The position numbers and the translations under genes are program-made. From the NCBI GenBank assembly GCA_003605035.1, contig QZKJ01000014.1, positions 15,191-79,190 on the forward strand: 64,000 nt of DNA, read 5' to 3'. Positions within the stretch are counted from its first letter, which is position 1, and each line of letters opens with the position of its first letter. Below, piece by piece: positions 47,701-56,372 of this stretch. The notes under the pieces are model-generated. The model worked only from the letters and a program-made list of their open reading frames with translations. It ran no database searches and was not told the DNA's origin. The DNA is from Desulfurivibrio sp. GTDB taxonomy: Bacteria > Desulfobacterota > Desulfobulbia > Desulfobulbales > SURF-16.

Positions 47701-48290
47701 CTGACCGTGCGCTGCAGATCCCGGTGTTCGGCAATAGCCATATTGATCAGTTGTTTTGAGCCCCGCGCCTTGAACAGTTCATCCGCCTCGGCCTCCAGGG
47801 AGCCGAGGATGGCCCGCAGGGAGGAGATGCCGGCGCCGGCGGCAAAAAGGGCCTGCCCCACCTCGCCCTTCTGGGCCAGGATATCCTCGCCGCCCTGCAC
47901 CAGCACGCCATGATCAATGCCGTACAGGGAATCAAACAGCCCCTGGTCAATGCCGGGCAGAAAGGCGGACAGGGCGCCATCGTCTACGGGATTACCATGG
48001 CTGTCAAGCATATCCGCCTTGCGGCGCTTGCGGCGCTGAAAGCAGATCTGCCGGCCGTCATCCGCCTGCAGGCAGCCCGCCACCAGCAGATTCTCGTTGG
48101 CATGCTGGAAACTGTCCGCGGTCCGTTCCGGAAAGCCGTAGAGCAGGGCCTTGAGGGCGCGCAGGGAACTGCTTTTGCCCGCCTCGTTGGGGCCATAGAT
48201 GACATGCAGGCCAGGCCGGTCGCCGTGAAACTCCAGGATTTTGTCCGTGAAAGGACCGAAGGCCTTCAACTCGAGACGCCTGATCCTCAT
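44781..48290 (-). CDS. yhaN: YhaN-family SMC/Rad50-like ATPase (AAA_27)
   Basis: Walker A GPNEAGKS, a long coiled coil, signature MSSGTRDQLYLALRLA, Walker B FIVDDILINFDD and ILFTHH. Confidence 0.92.
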   Translation of the reverse strand: MRIRRLELKAFGPFTDKILEFHGDRPGLHVIYGPNEAGKSSSLRALKALLYGFPERTADSFQHANENLLVAGCLQADDGRQICFQRRKRRKADMLDSHGNPVDDGALSAFLPGIDQGLFDSLYGIDHGVLVQGGEDILAQKGEVGQALFAAGAGISSLRAILGSLEAEADELFKARGSKQLINMAIAEHRDLQRTVRQVSLSSRQWQEHRNQLVRAEQERQRLQQLRESRERQRHHLERLKRAIPFLARRAKLLQQLQELGEVRMLPLDLADKKREVEQQLRATGLQLQKARTSLGLLVTRKQGIAVNQLLVEHSGAIADLHQRLGEYRKGTRDRARLEGMRTSERMEAAELLKPIRPDLPLTEVESLRPVLLRKKTIQDLINSHHTLELQVSQAKKQAAEAERQLEAVAKALARLPEAREMGGLGQTVKLARKAGAIDGEIRAKIREIAGDARENAADLARLGRWSGELSRVVDLPLPLPETVKDFAGRYQQLEESRRQLARDERDAEREWQQALAEKKRIEYGGEVPTEEELAQVRGKRDKGWRLLRRQWLAGEDVDRQSREYDPSLPLPDAYEKQVSDSDRLADRLRREADRAAGFAASRARLEALEAARQEICCRRQELAGQGQDFAVAWQEVWRQSGIEPLSPAEMAAWLHEFSAIRARVKEIGKKQQELDEKKGLRLRLREGLLRELQGLGEGRDFSSDELEPVILCGERVAEENEKSQLSRARLTEKRQELLAGLAAAVLDLQSADAALLEWQGRWQDALQGLAAAGGRVEPADVNAMLDDLQNCLAKLKEAEGYRKRIDGIDRDAGQYEQEVRNLLQLVAPELARAPLEEAVTRLQDMLGKANEDRTLLAKYGEDMENLAAEIRYGEETLQSLHGQLDEFLRLAGCADSEELDRAIARSAECREIKKMLVEVEATLAEIAEGLSLEEISRETRGLHSTDLQGEIDVLAREINEELSPQIDELFEVIGREKNELAKMDGSPLAAEAEEKAEQVLARMRRLAERYVRVRLAAKVLEREIERYRQQHQDPILKLASAYFRELTMGSFAGLRTDVADNGHPVLAGLRPDEARGVYVQGMSSGTRDQLYLALRLATLEWRLKRGETMPFIVDDILINFDDERVQATIRVLAGLAEKTQVILFTHHRQVVEDARQLAGQAHIQIHQL

Positions 48291-49546
48291 CCCTGGCCTC
48301 CATTCTGCAGCAGTCTGGCTGCCAGCAGTTCCCTGACCTCGGCCCGCAGGGTCTCCGTCTGGCCGGGGCTGTCGGCCAGCAAAGGTTCGTCACCCTCGAA
48401 GAGTTCAGCGGGCAGCCGGCTTTTAAAGGCCGGCAGCTCCGGCACCAGGGCAAAGAGATCCTCAGCGCCAAGCGGCAGCTCATCGAGAAAGCGGAGCAGC
48501 CCGGCCAGGGCGTTATCCTGGCCGACCAGCTCGGCCAGCTCGGTCCGGCGCCGGGTCTGCAGCAGCACTTTTTCCAGCCATACCTCCCCGCTGGCCGCGG
48601 CCACGCCGCGCAACTCATCAATCAGCCGGGGCCAGCGGTCAATAAGCTCGGCATGCACCGGACAGGCGCCGGCCAGGATCAGCCGCATGGCGAGCGGCCT
48701 GCCCTCCCCGGCCGCCCGGCCGGCCTCAAGGGCCTGGCGCACCTGGCCGAAAACCGCCTCAATCGTCTGGCAGGCGGACAGATCAACCGGACACAGCAGC
48801 CAGCGCAGCACATCAAATTCCCGCTGCTGCACCGTCGTCACCCGGCTTTCCTCCACGGTGACCAGGGTCGCCCCCTTGGCCCCGCTTTCCCGGATATGAC
48901 GGCCCTGGAGATTGCCCGGAAAGATGATCCACGGGTCGCGGGCCACCACCTCCTGCTGGTGCACATGACCAAGGGCCCAGTAATCATAACCCATGACGCG
49001 CAGATCATCCACCGTACAGGGGGCATAGGGCTCATGGCCGACACGGCCGCTGAGCGCGGTATGCAGCAGGCCGATGTTGAAATAACCGGCCTGTCGGGGC
49101 GGGTAGCCCAGGGCCAGGTTTTCCCTGACGTCCCGCGCGGCATAGCTCTGGCCATGGACGGCCACCCGGAGATCGTCCAGCAGTTTTGTCTCCGCCTTTC
49201 GTGGGGAAAAGAGGCTGACATTATCCGGCAGGGGTAATGCCCTGGTGGTATTACTTGCCGCATCATGATTGCCGGCCACGATGAACACCCTGATGCCGGC
49301 CCGCTGCAGACGGCCCATGCGGTTGACCAGGAAAAGACCGGTATGGTAATCCTTCCAGTCGCCGTCATAGAGATCACCGGCAATGAGCAGAAAATCGACC
49401 TCCTCGTCAACGGCGAAATCAATCAGCTGGTCAAAGGCCCGGCGCGAGGCCCCGCGGATCTCCTCCAGCGGGGCGTCCTCATAGGACTCCAGCCCCTTCA
49501 AGGGGCTGTCGAGGTGAATATCAGCGGTATGGAGAAATTTGAACAT
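48287..49546 (-). CDS. yhaO: YhaO-family Mre11/SbcD-like metallophosphoesterase nuclease
   Basis: ADIHLD, AGDLYD, GNHD, GLLHT, ALGHVH and PGNLQGRH. Overlaps the yhaN start by 4 nt. Confidence 0.93.
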   Translation of the reverse strand: MFKFLHTADIHLDSPLKGLESYEDAPLEEIRGASRRAFDQLIDFAVDEEVDFLLIAGDLYDGDWKDYHTGLFLVNRMGRLQRAGIRVFIVAGNHDAASNTTRALPLPDNVSLFSPRKAETKLLDDLRVAVHGQSYAARDVRENLALGYPPRQAGYFNIGLLHTALSGRVGHEPYAPCTVDDLRVMGYDYWALGHVHQQEVVARDPWIIFPGNLQGRHIRESGAKGATLVTVEESRVTTVQQREFDVLRWLLCPVDLSACQTIEAVFGQVRQALEAGRAAGEGRPLAMRLILAGACPVHAELIDRWPRLIDELRGVAAASGEVWLEKVLLQTRRRTELAELVGQDNALAGLLRFLDELPLGAEDLFALVPELPAFKSRLPAELFEGDEPLLADSPGQTETLRAEVRELLAARLLQNGGQG

Positions 49547-49558
49547 GGCGTTTTATGG

Positions 49559-49718
49559 GTGAAAAGTGAGAAGTAAGAAGTGAAAGGTGAAAAGAAACAA
49601 TGCCCCGGCAGGGATGCTGCGTAAAGGTTTTTCTTCTCACTCCTCACTCCTTACTCCTCACTTTTTCTTGCTTTTCCTTTCACTTCTCACTTCTCACTTC
49701 TTACTTTTCACTTTTCAC
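49559..49718. repeat. Inverted arrays of 7-mer repeats (GTGARAA / TYYTYAC)
   Basis: Five units on the left (GTGAAAA GTGAGAA GTAAGAA GTGAAAG GTGAAAA), then blocks of four and six complementary units (TTCTCAC, TCCTCAC, TTTTCAC...). Confidence 0.85.
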
Positions 49719-49722
49719 TTAC

Positions 49723-52700
49723 TCATAACAGATCCAGATCGCTGGCCCTGGCCCATTCCACCAGCCGGTTGAATTCCAGCTTCAGCTGTTCCAGCCCTTT
49801 GGGCGTCTCATTCATTCTGCCTTCCCGGGCAAGTCTGCCCAGCTCGGCCCCGGCTTCGGAAAAGGCATTGGCGCACACCGTGGCCGCGGTGCCCTTGAGG
49901 GAATGGCATACCTTTCTGAGCCTCGCCTCGTCCCCGGCGGCGATAGCCGCCTCCGCCTCCGCCAGCCACTGGGGACCGCTCACCTGCAGCAGGTGCCTGA
50001 GCAACTTCCTGGCCAGCTCCACCTTGCCGTTGCAGCTGTCATAGAGAAAGGCATCGTAATCAATGATCTCCGCTCTCTTATTCTTCGGGGTGAGGGTGAC
50101 GCTCCTCATGGCCAGGTCGACGCCCAGCACCTTCTCCATTTCCTGCCGCAGGATCCGCACGTCAATGGGCTTGGAGACATAACCGTCCATGCCGGCATCC
50201 AGACAACGCTTGCGGTCAATGGTCATGGCATGGGCGGTCAGGGCGATGACCGGAATATGTCCGCCGCTCAGCTTCTCCTGCTGACGGATCCGGGCAATCG
50301 TCGCAAAGCCATCCATTTCCGGCATCTGCACGTCCATTAAAATGACATGAAAGCAGTCATTATGCAAGGCATCGAGAACCTGTCTGCCATTTTCCGCCGT
50401 GGTCACCCGCCATCCCTGGGCCCGGATCATCTCCACCGCCAGTACCCGGTTGATCTCCTCATCTTCGGCCAGCAGCACGTTGAGGGTGTGCAGACTTTCC
50501 CTGATGGAATGCCGGGTCACCAGGGGCAGCTGTCCGCTGTCCGCCGGCCTACCCAGCACCATGCGCAGGGCCTCGAGCAGTTCGGTCCTGCTTACCGGCT
50601 TAAGCAGAAAGGAGACAATGCCGGCCTCCCGGCAGCGCTGCCCGTCCCCGCGCTGGCTGGCGGCAGTCAGCATCATGATCCTGGCGTCGCCGGCAATCTG
50701 CTGCAGTTCGCGGGCCACGGCAAAGGGCTGATCAGGCTCTGGCAGGGCATCGAGAATGATGGCGTGGAACCGTTTCTCAGCCGCCATCCGCAAAGCATCC
50801 TCGGCAGAACCCGCCAGCAGCACATCCTTTACCCATTCACTCAGCATCTCCTTTAACATGAAACGCTCCGAGGCCTCGCCGGCCACCACCAGGAAGGACT
50901 TGCCCTGCAGGGCGCCGAGCGGCAGCGCTTCAAACGTCCTGATTTGTCTGGCCTGGGTCTGCAGCAGCAGGGTGAAATGAAAGGTGGTCCCCACCCCTGC
51001 CTGACTTTCCAGCCATATTTCGCCACCCATCATGGCAATCAGTTCAGCGCAGATGGTCAGTCCCAGTCCGGCGCCCCCATGCCTGCGCGAGAAGGAACCG
51101 TCGACCTGGCTGAAGGCCTGGAAAATCCTCTCCTGCATCTCCGGGGCAATGCCGATGCCGGTATCCGCCACCGTAACATGCAGGGCCATATCCCTCTCCC
51201 CCTTCTCCCGCCTGATCCGGTCAGGGCATTCATCCGCCGTGGCCTGCCTTACCTTCACCACCACCTTGCCGCTGCTGGTGAATTTAATGGCGTTGCTCAC
51301 CAGGTTGACCAGAATCTGCCGCAGCCGGCCCGGGTCGCCGATGAAACCGTCAATCAGCGCCTGCTCGATCTCATAGGTAAGCTGCAGCCCCTTGTCATTT
51401 GCCTTGAAGGCCAGGATATTCAACGAGTTGCCCACCACATCAAACAGGCTGAAGGGGATATGTTCAATTTCCAGGGAGCCGGACTCGATCTTGGAAAAAT
51501 CAAGCACCTCGTTGACCACGTCGAGCAGCCGGTTGGCGGAGGTTTTCACCATCTCCAGAAAGCGGCGCTGGTCCGAAGAGAGTTGTGTCCCCAGCACCAG
51601 ATCGGTCATGCCCATGATGCCGTTCAAGGGGGTGCGGATTTCATGGCTCATATTGGCCAGGAATTCGCTTTTGACCGCATTGGCCGCCTCCGCCTCCTCC
51701 TTGGCCTGACGCAGAATCTTCTCAGCCTGTACCATATCGCTGATATCATGGAAATCTTCGATGATGCCGACAAACTCGCCCTGCTCATTGCGGAGCGGGG
51801 CCGCCCTGAGCCGGCAGGTGATCAGCTTGCCGTCAGCCCGCAGCTTTTCCACCGCAAAGGCAGCCCATTCCCTGCCATCCTGCAGCAACAACACAGGGCA
51901 CTGCCCGGTGTGGCAGAACGGACCGGGAAAGGTCACGAAGCATTTGCTGTTCTCCAGGGTCTCCTTTTGCCCCCCGGCCAGCTCAGCAAAGACGGCATTA
52001 ACCCTTATCACATCGAAATTCTTATCAATTATTCGCATGCCGTTGCCGGCTGTCTGAAAAACCTGATCCAGCAGCCGGTGGGAATTCTTCAACTCGCTGA
52101 TCATGGCGCCGCGTTCCTCGATGCGTTTTTCGCAGATCCTGATGATTCTGCGCGAAAAAAGAACGAAGAAAACCGCCAGGGACAGACTGGTCAGCACAAT
52201 AACCAGCCAGGTGCGGTGCAGGAGTTTCTGCATCCTGCCGCTTTCCGCCTCCAGATATCTGCCGGCCCGGTCGGTCAGATTCTGCTGGGCGTTGCGGACG
52301 ATGATAAAATCCTGGAAGATGTGGTCCCGCAGCCGGTCATGCTCCTGCTCCAGCTCGATGCGCTGCCGGTGGAAATCATAAAAGCCGCCGCGGCCCGGGG
52401 CCACGATGCCGCCTGAGGGTCCCTGCTGATAATCCTTGCCCCAGAAGGCGGCAACGAAGCGGTCGAGTTGCCCGGCAATCTCCGTCAATTCGCCGGGCAG
52501 CTGGCGGGTGAGAAGATGCAGGTTGCCGGCAATCTGCGCCGAGAGCTTCTGGATGTAATTGATATGAATCTGATCCAGGTGGTTCCGGTCCCGCTCCACC
52601 GCGATCAGTTCACAGAGCAGGGCAAGGGTCTCCACATCATGCCGCATCCTGGCCAGGGTGACCAGCAACTCATGCTTGGCCGTCCGCCCCTGCTGGCGGA

Positions 52701-53241
52701 GCAATCCCGGCGAAGACCCGGCAGCCTTTTCCCGCTGTTGTTCCTCAAGGGCGGCAAGCCCCAGTCCGATCCTGGCAAGCAGCTCGGGCGGGGCCAGGAT
52801 TACCCGGGCATTGGCGGCAAGCAGCTGATTATAACGGTGGCGCCAGGCAACGCTCTGCCGCCGGTTTTCCTCCAGCCGCTGCAAGGCATTGCCGAAGTCT
52901 GCAAAAAATCCGCCGGTCCGGGTCGCCTCGGCCAGCTGCCGGTATCTGCCCAGCAAGTCCGGGAAATCCTGCTGCTGCATGCCGTCCATGCCCGGCTCAC
53001 CTTTTTCCAGCAGCTGATCGATAAGCGCCCGCTCCTGCAGCATAACCCGGTTGACATCCTTTTCCAGGCCAAGCATTTCCTGCTGCAGGGAACGGTAAAG
53101 ATCCCTTTCAGCATTCATTTTCATGAAGGACCACCAGTTGAAGGCCATGATAAACAGGCCGATGCCCAGGCCGAACAGGACGACATTTCTGAGCAAACGC
53201 GGGGAGTTATCCTGGGGGAGCGAGCTTGGGGAAAAATTCAT
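49723..53241 (-). CDS. Membrane hybrid histidine kinase (PAS, HisKA, HATPase, pseudo-REC, REC, Hpt)
   Basis: Two TM segments with a large helical periplasmic region, SHEIRTPLNG and HGGAGLGL. The first receiver lacks the acidic pair (LVVAGE). Second receiver ILMDVQMP and Hpt HSLKG. Confidence 0.92.
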   Translation of the reverse strand: MNFSPSSLPQDNSPRLLRNVVLFGLGIGLFIMAFNWWSFMKMNAERDLYRSLQQEMLGLEKDVNRVMLQERALIDQLLEKGEPGMDGMQQQDFPDLLGRYRQLAEATRTGGFFADFGNALQRLEENRRQSVAWRHRYNQLLAANARVILAPPELLARIGLGLAALEEQQREKAAGSSPGLLRQQGRTAKHELLVTLARMRHDVETLALLCELIAVERDRNHLDQIHINYIQKLSAQIAGNLHLLTRQLPGELTEIAGQLDRFVAAFWGKDYQQGPSGGIVAPGRGGFYDFHRQRIELEQEHDRLRDHIFQDFIIVRNAQQNLTDRAGRYLEAESGRMQKLLHRTWLVIVLTSLSLAVFFVLFSRRIIRICEKRIEERGAMISELKNSHRLLDQVFQTAGNGMRIIDKNFDVIRVNAVFAELAGGQKETLENSKCFVTFPGPFCHTGQCPVLLLQDGREWAAFAVEKLRADGKLITCRLRAAPLRNEQGEFVGIIEDFHDISDMVQAEKILRQAKEEAEAANAVKSEFLANMSHEIRTPLNGIMGMTDLVLGTQLSSDQRRFLEMVKTSANRLLDVVNEVLDFSKIESGSLEIEHIPFSLFDVVGNSLNILAFKANDKGLQLTYEIEQALIDGFIGDPGRLRQILVNLVSNAIKFTSSGKVVVKVRQATADECPDRIRREKGERDMALHVTVADTGIGIAPEMQERIFQAFSQVDGSFSRRHGGAGLGLTICAELIAMMGGEIWLESQAGVGTTFHFTLLLQTQARQIRTFEALPLGALQGKSFLVVAGEASERFMLKEMLSEWVKDVLLAGSAEDALRMAAEKRFHAIILDALPEPDQPFAVARELQQIAGDARIMMLTAASQRGDGQRCREAGIVSFLLKPVSRTELLEALRMVLGRPADSGQLPLVTRHSIRESLHTLNVLLAEDEEINRVLAVEMIRAQGWRVTTAENGRQVLDALHNDCFHVILMDVQMPEMDGFATIARIRQQEKLSGGHIPVIALTAHAMTIDRKRCLDAGMDGYVSKPIDVRILRQEMEKVLGVDLAMRSVTLTPKNKRAEIIDYDAFLYDSCNGKVELARKLLRHLLQVSGPQWLAEAEAAIAAGDEARLRKVCHSLKGTAATVCANAFSEAGAELGRLAREGRMNETPKGLEQLKLEFNRLVEWARASDLDLL

Positions 53242-53377
53242 GAATTTAATCTATAGCAATTGCTATCATTGGTAAAGCGATAAAAAAACCGTTGCGGAAT
53301 TTGCCTTGCTCTGCGCCGGTTTTACCAATAGAATTACAGAAGTTACTCATCTTCGCTCAGGCAAGGGATTTTCATTT

Positions 53378-54511
53378 ATGCACGACAACAGGAGCTCCAC
53401 CCCTCTCTCCAGGGAAAACAGCGGGAACCGCCTCAAAAGGTTCATGCTTGTTTTTCTGCCGGCCATTCTGCTCCTCGCCTCTCTTTCCGTCGTTTTCTAC
53501 CGGCAGGAATCAACCGCCAGAGAGCAACTGCTGCGCGAGAACGAAATGTTGCTGCTGGAAAGCCAGCTGGAATCATTGCAGGGTCCCCTCAAAGCCGTGG
53601 TAGGCGACCTGAAAGTGCTGGCCGGCCAGCAGACGCTGCAGGCCTTTCTTGACCTGGGGACGGCGGATTCCCTTGCCGTGCTGGCCGCCGACCTGCTCGC
53701 CTTCTCCACCCACCGCCGGATCTACGACCGGATCCGCTTCATTGACCGGCAGGGCATGGAAATCATCCGGATCAACTACAATGCCGGCGTCCCCGGCCGT
53801 GTCCCTCAGGACGAGCTGCAGTACGCCGGAAACCGGGACTATTTCGTCAACAGCGCCCGGCTGAAGGCCGGCGACTTCTCCATGTCCCCCCTGACGCTGA
53901 GCAACGAGCAGGGCAGAATCACCCAGCCGCCCACCCCGGTGATGACCTGCGGCATTGCCGTGTTCGACCGGGCCGGTCAGCAGCGCGGCGTCATCATCCT
54001 GACCTGTCTTGCCGACCGCCTGCTGCAGCCCCTCAAAAAACTGTCCCTGGAAAACCGGCGGACCATCTATCTTGTCAACCGGCAGGGCTACTTTCTCCTT
54101 GGTCCCACCCCCCAGGCGGAATGGGGTTTTCTCTACCCGGACCGGAAAAACCAGACCTTCCAGGCCCGCTTCCCCACTGCCTGGGAAAGCATCGCGGCAG
54201 CAGGAAAAGGCCATATCAGCGGCGAGGCAGGTCTTTTCACCTATCTGACCTTCTACCCGCAGCTGTGCGTTCTGGAGCCGGCCAGGGCCTTCCTCAATGC
54301 CGACGGGCCATGCGGCTGTTATACAGGCCAGAAGGAGGAATATTACTGGAAGTTCGTCTCCCTGGTGCCGGCCGCCAGCCTGCATGACAGCTCCGCCTTT
54401 CCCCTGGCCAGGAATCTGCTTTATCTGAACACCCTTTTCGTGGTGCTCTTAGCCGTCGCCGCCTGGCTGCCGGCCGGGACGGCAGCCAGGGGCAACACGG
54501 ACAAAACGTGA
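53378..54511 (+). CDS. Cache-domain membrane protein without a cytoplasmic output domain
   Basis: TM, dCache-like region (YDRIRFIDRQGMEIIR, RDYF, YLVNRQGYFLL), second TM, then a stop ~15 aa later. Start estimated at ATG 53378. Confidence 0.75.
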   Translation: MHDNRSSTPLSRENSGNRLKRFMLVFLPAILLLASLSVVFYRQESTAREQLLRENEMLLLESQLESLQGPLKAVVGDLKVLAGQQTLQAFLDLGTADSLAVLAADLLAFSTHRRIYDRIRFIDRQGMEIIRINYNAGVPGRVPQDELQYAGNRDYFVNSARLKAGDFSMSPLTLSNEQGRITQPPTPVMTCGIAVFDRAGQQRGVIILTCLADRLLQPLKKLSLENRRTIYLVNRQGYFLLGPTPQAEWGFLYPDRKNQTFQARFPTAWESIAAAGKGHISGEAGLFTYLTFYPQLCVLEPARAFLNADGPCGCYTGQKEEYYWKFVSLVPAASLHDSSAFPLARNLLYLNTLFVVLLAVAAWLPAGTAARGNTDKT

Positions 54512-54622
54512 CCGGCATGTCGGGTGACACCGGGCGGGATGGAAAAAGCGGATGACGCCTGACCAGGGCCGAACAGGGGGAGCCAGGCAGGCGGCTTTTT
54601 AAAGGGATTGTTTGGCAGACGA

Positions 54623-54960
54623 CTTCAGACAACCTGAACTCGACAAGTTTTGTCGTGATACCATACTCGGAGATCGAGCAGTGTGCCTAAAGTACTTGAA
54701 ATGCCTAAAGTGCCTAAAGTTGCGGTACTATCTGATCAGATAACTCCTTTAACTTTATACCCGCAAGGGGCACAAGTACCCGCAAGGGGCACAAGTACCC
54801 GCAAGGGGCACAAGTACCCGCAAGGGGCACAAGTACCCGCAAGGGGCACAAGGGCACTTTAAGTACTTAGGCACTTTAGGCACTTTGCCGGTATCAGGCC
54901 AGAATCCGGAGTTGTGTCATAACTTATTGAAATTGCGTCACGACATCAGGAGTTCTGAAC
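54623..54960 (+). mobile_element. Non-autonomous MITE-like element (copy B)
   Basis: Same ends, 9-mer arms and core as 41256-41575. Confidence 0.8.
54758..54852 (+). repeat. Tandem array of five identical 19-nt units TACCCGCAAGGGGCACAAG
   Basis: Read directly. Inserted between CTTTA and GGCAC. Confidence 0.95.
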
Positions 54961-54985
54961 TTGAAATGACAAGGGAGATGAAGAT

Positions 54986-56353
54986 ATGGCAGATGCCGAC
55001 GCTGTGCTCAGTGACTACCGGTCCAGCATCAGGGAAATCAACCGGCTGCTCGTGGTCGGTCTTCTTTTTGCGCTGGCCACCCATGTTTATGTGATTGAGC
55101 CCTATTTCCAGCTCAAAGGCCGGGAACAGTCCCTGCAAAATTCCCTGCCCGCCATGGAGCAGTCAATCAAGGCGCTCTCCGGTCAGGCTGAGAAAATCAA
55201 CCAGGTGAAGCAGGCTGCCGGCTCAGCCCTTGAGCAGATACGCCGGGAGCTCAATCTCTTCCCGGATGAGCTGCGGGACGCCCTGCCGGCTCTCCGGGAT
55301 GCCTTGACTGAGCGGGACCTGCCCGTCCCCGGCCCCGGCGTCGATTTCGCCGGTTTACCGCCAGACAACCTGGCCAGCCAGCCGTACATGCAGCAGCAGT
55401 ACATGCAGCAGCCACTGGCGCCCGGCGCCATCACCCTGCCGGCGGGAATCACCACCTTTGCGGCAGCGGTCAACTGGTATATCAACGACTGGTTTGGCCG
55501 GCTGCTGGCGGACCTGGAAAACCGGGTGGTCAAGCCGGTGGCAGAACTGGACGGCGCCGGCAGCTCCGGCGGGGCCGGCGACCTGCGGGCGATCAGCCGG
55601 CAGGCGGTTGATGCGGTGAAAGAACGGATCAGCGCCATTGATCCCGACTTCTGGCATTCCTATGGGGGCAGAGGCGGCAAGCTTGACGTGGCCGTCACCC
55701 TGCGCGACCATATCGAGGCGGCCTTTGCCCCCCTGGAAGGGCAGGTTGTGGCCCTGCTTGCGCAGACCAACCGCCAGCTGCAGGGTCAGGAGCAGGAGCT
55801 TGCCGCGCTCAGGCAAACCATCGAAGGCGCCAGGGAACAGATCAGGGGTCTGTCCGACCGGCTGCAAGCCATTGAGTCGCCCTTCGGTCCCCTGCCGCTC
55901 AGCATGACCGATGTCATCAGGCTCTTCCCCTTTCTGCTGGTGGCCCTGGCTCTAAGGCTTGCCCTGGTCATGCGGGAGGGAGCGGCACAAAAATCCCTGT
56001 TTCTGCAGCTGACCGTCGGCCCGCCTGAGGCAGCCGCAGCCCGGCTGCGGCGCTATCAGCTGCGCTCGCTGCTGCTTGGGCCGTCCAGCCGCCTGCTTGG
56101 GCTGGCAGCCATGTCCGCCTGGCTGACCGTGCTGCTCGCCGTTTTCAGCCGCGCCGCCTGGCTGATCGGCAGGAGTCCGCACATCCTCGGGGAGGGCGGG
56201 GAGCTGCAAACCCTGGTGATGCAGCCGCAGCTCTATCAGGCCGGCTGTCTTGCCGGCCTGGCGCTGCTGGCCGGGACAGCGGCATACCTGCTGCTGCTCT
56301 GCCGGCAGGCGGGAACGTCCCTGCCTGACCGGCAGGCACGCCCTAACCGTTAG
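54986..56353 (+). CDS. Hypothetical membrane protein with coiled-coil regions
   Basis: 455-aa ORF with SD GGGAG, an N-terminal TM, two coiled-coil stretches and three C-terminal TM segments. No family recognised. Confidence 0.7.
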   Translation: MADADAVLSDYRSSIREINRLLVVGLLFALATHVYVIEPYFQLKGREQSLQNSLPAMEQSIKALSGQAEKINQVKQAAGSALEQIRRELNLFPDELRDALPALRDALTERDLPVPGPGVDFAGLPPDNLASQPYMQQQYMQQPLAPGAITLPAGITTFAAAVNWYINDWFGRLLADLENRVVKPVAELDGAGSSGGAGDLRAISRQAVDAVKERISAIDPDFWHSYGGRGGKLDVAVTLRDHIEAAFAPLEGQVVALLAQTNRQLQGQEQELAALRQTIEGAREQIRGLSDRLQAIESPFGPLPLSMTDVIRLFPFLLVALALRLALVMREGAAQKSLFLQLTVGPPEAAAARLRRYQLRSLLLGPSSRLLGLAAMSAWLTVLLAVFSRAAWLIGRSPHILGEGGELQTLVMQPQLYQAGCLAGLALLAGTAAYLLLLCRQAGTSLPDRQARPNR

Positions 56354-56372
56354 CCGCCCTGCCGGCCAGCGG

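Noticed and set aside
54758-54852. 19-nt repeat arrays (also 41339-41413) as CRISPR arrays
   Set aside because: Units are directly head-to-tail with no unique spacers, are shorter than typical CRISPR repeats, and no cas genes are present.
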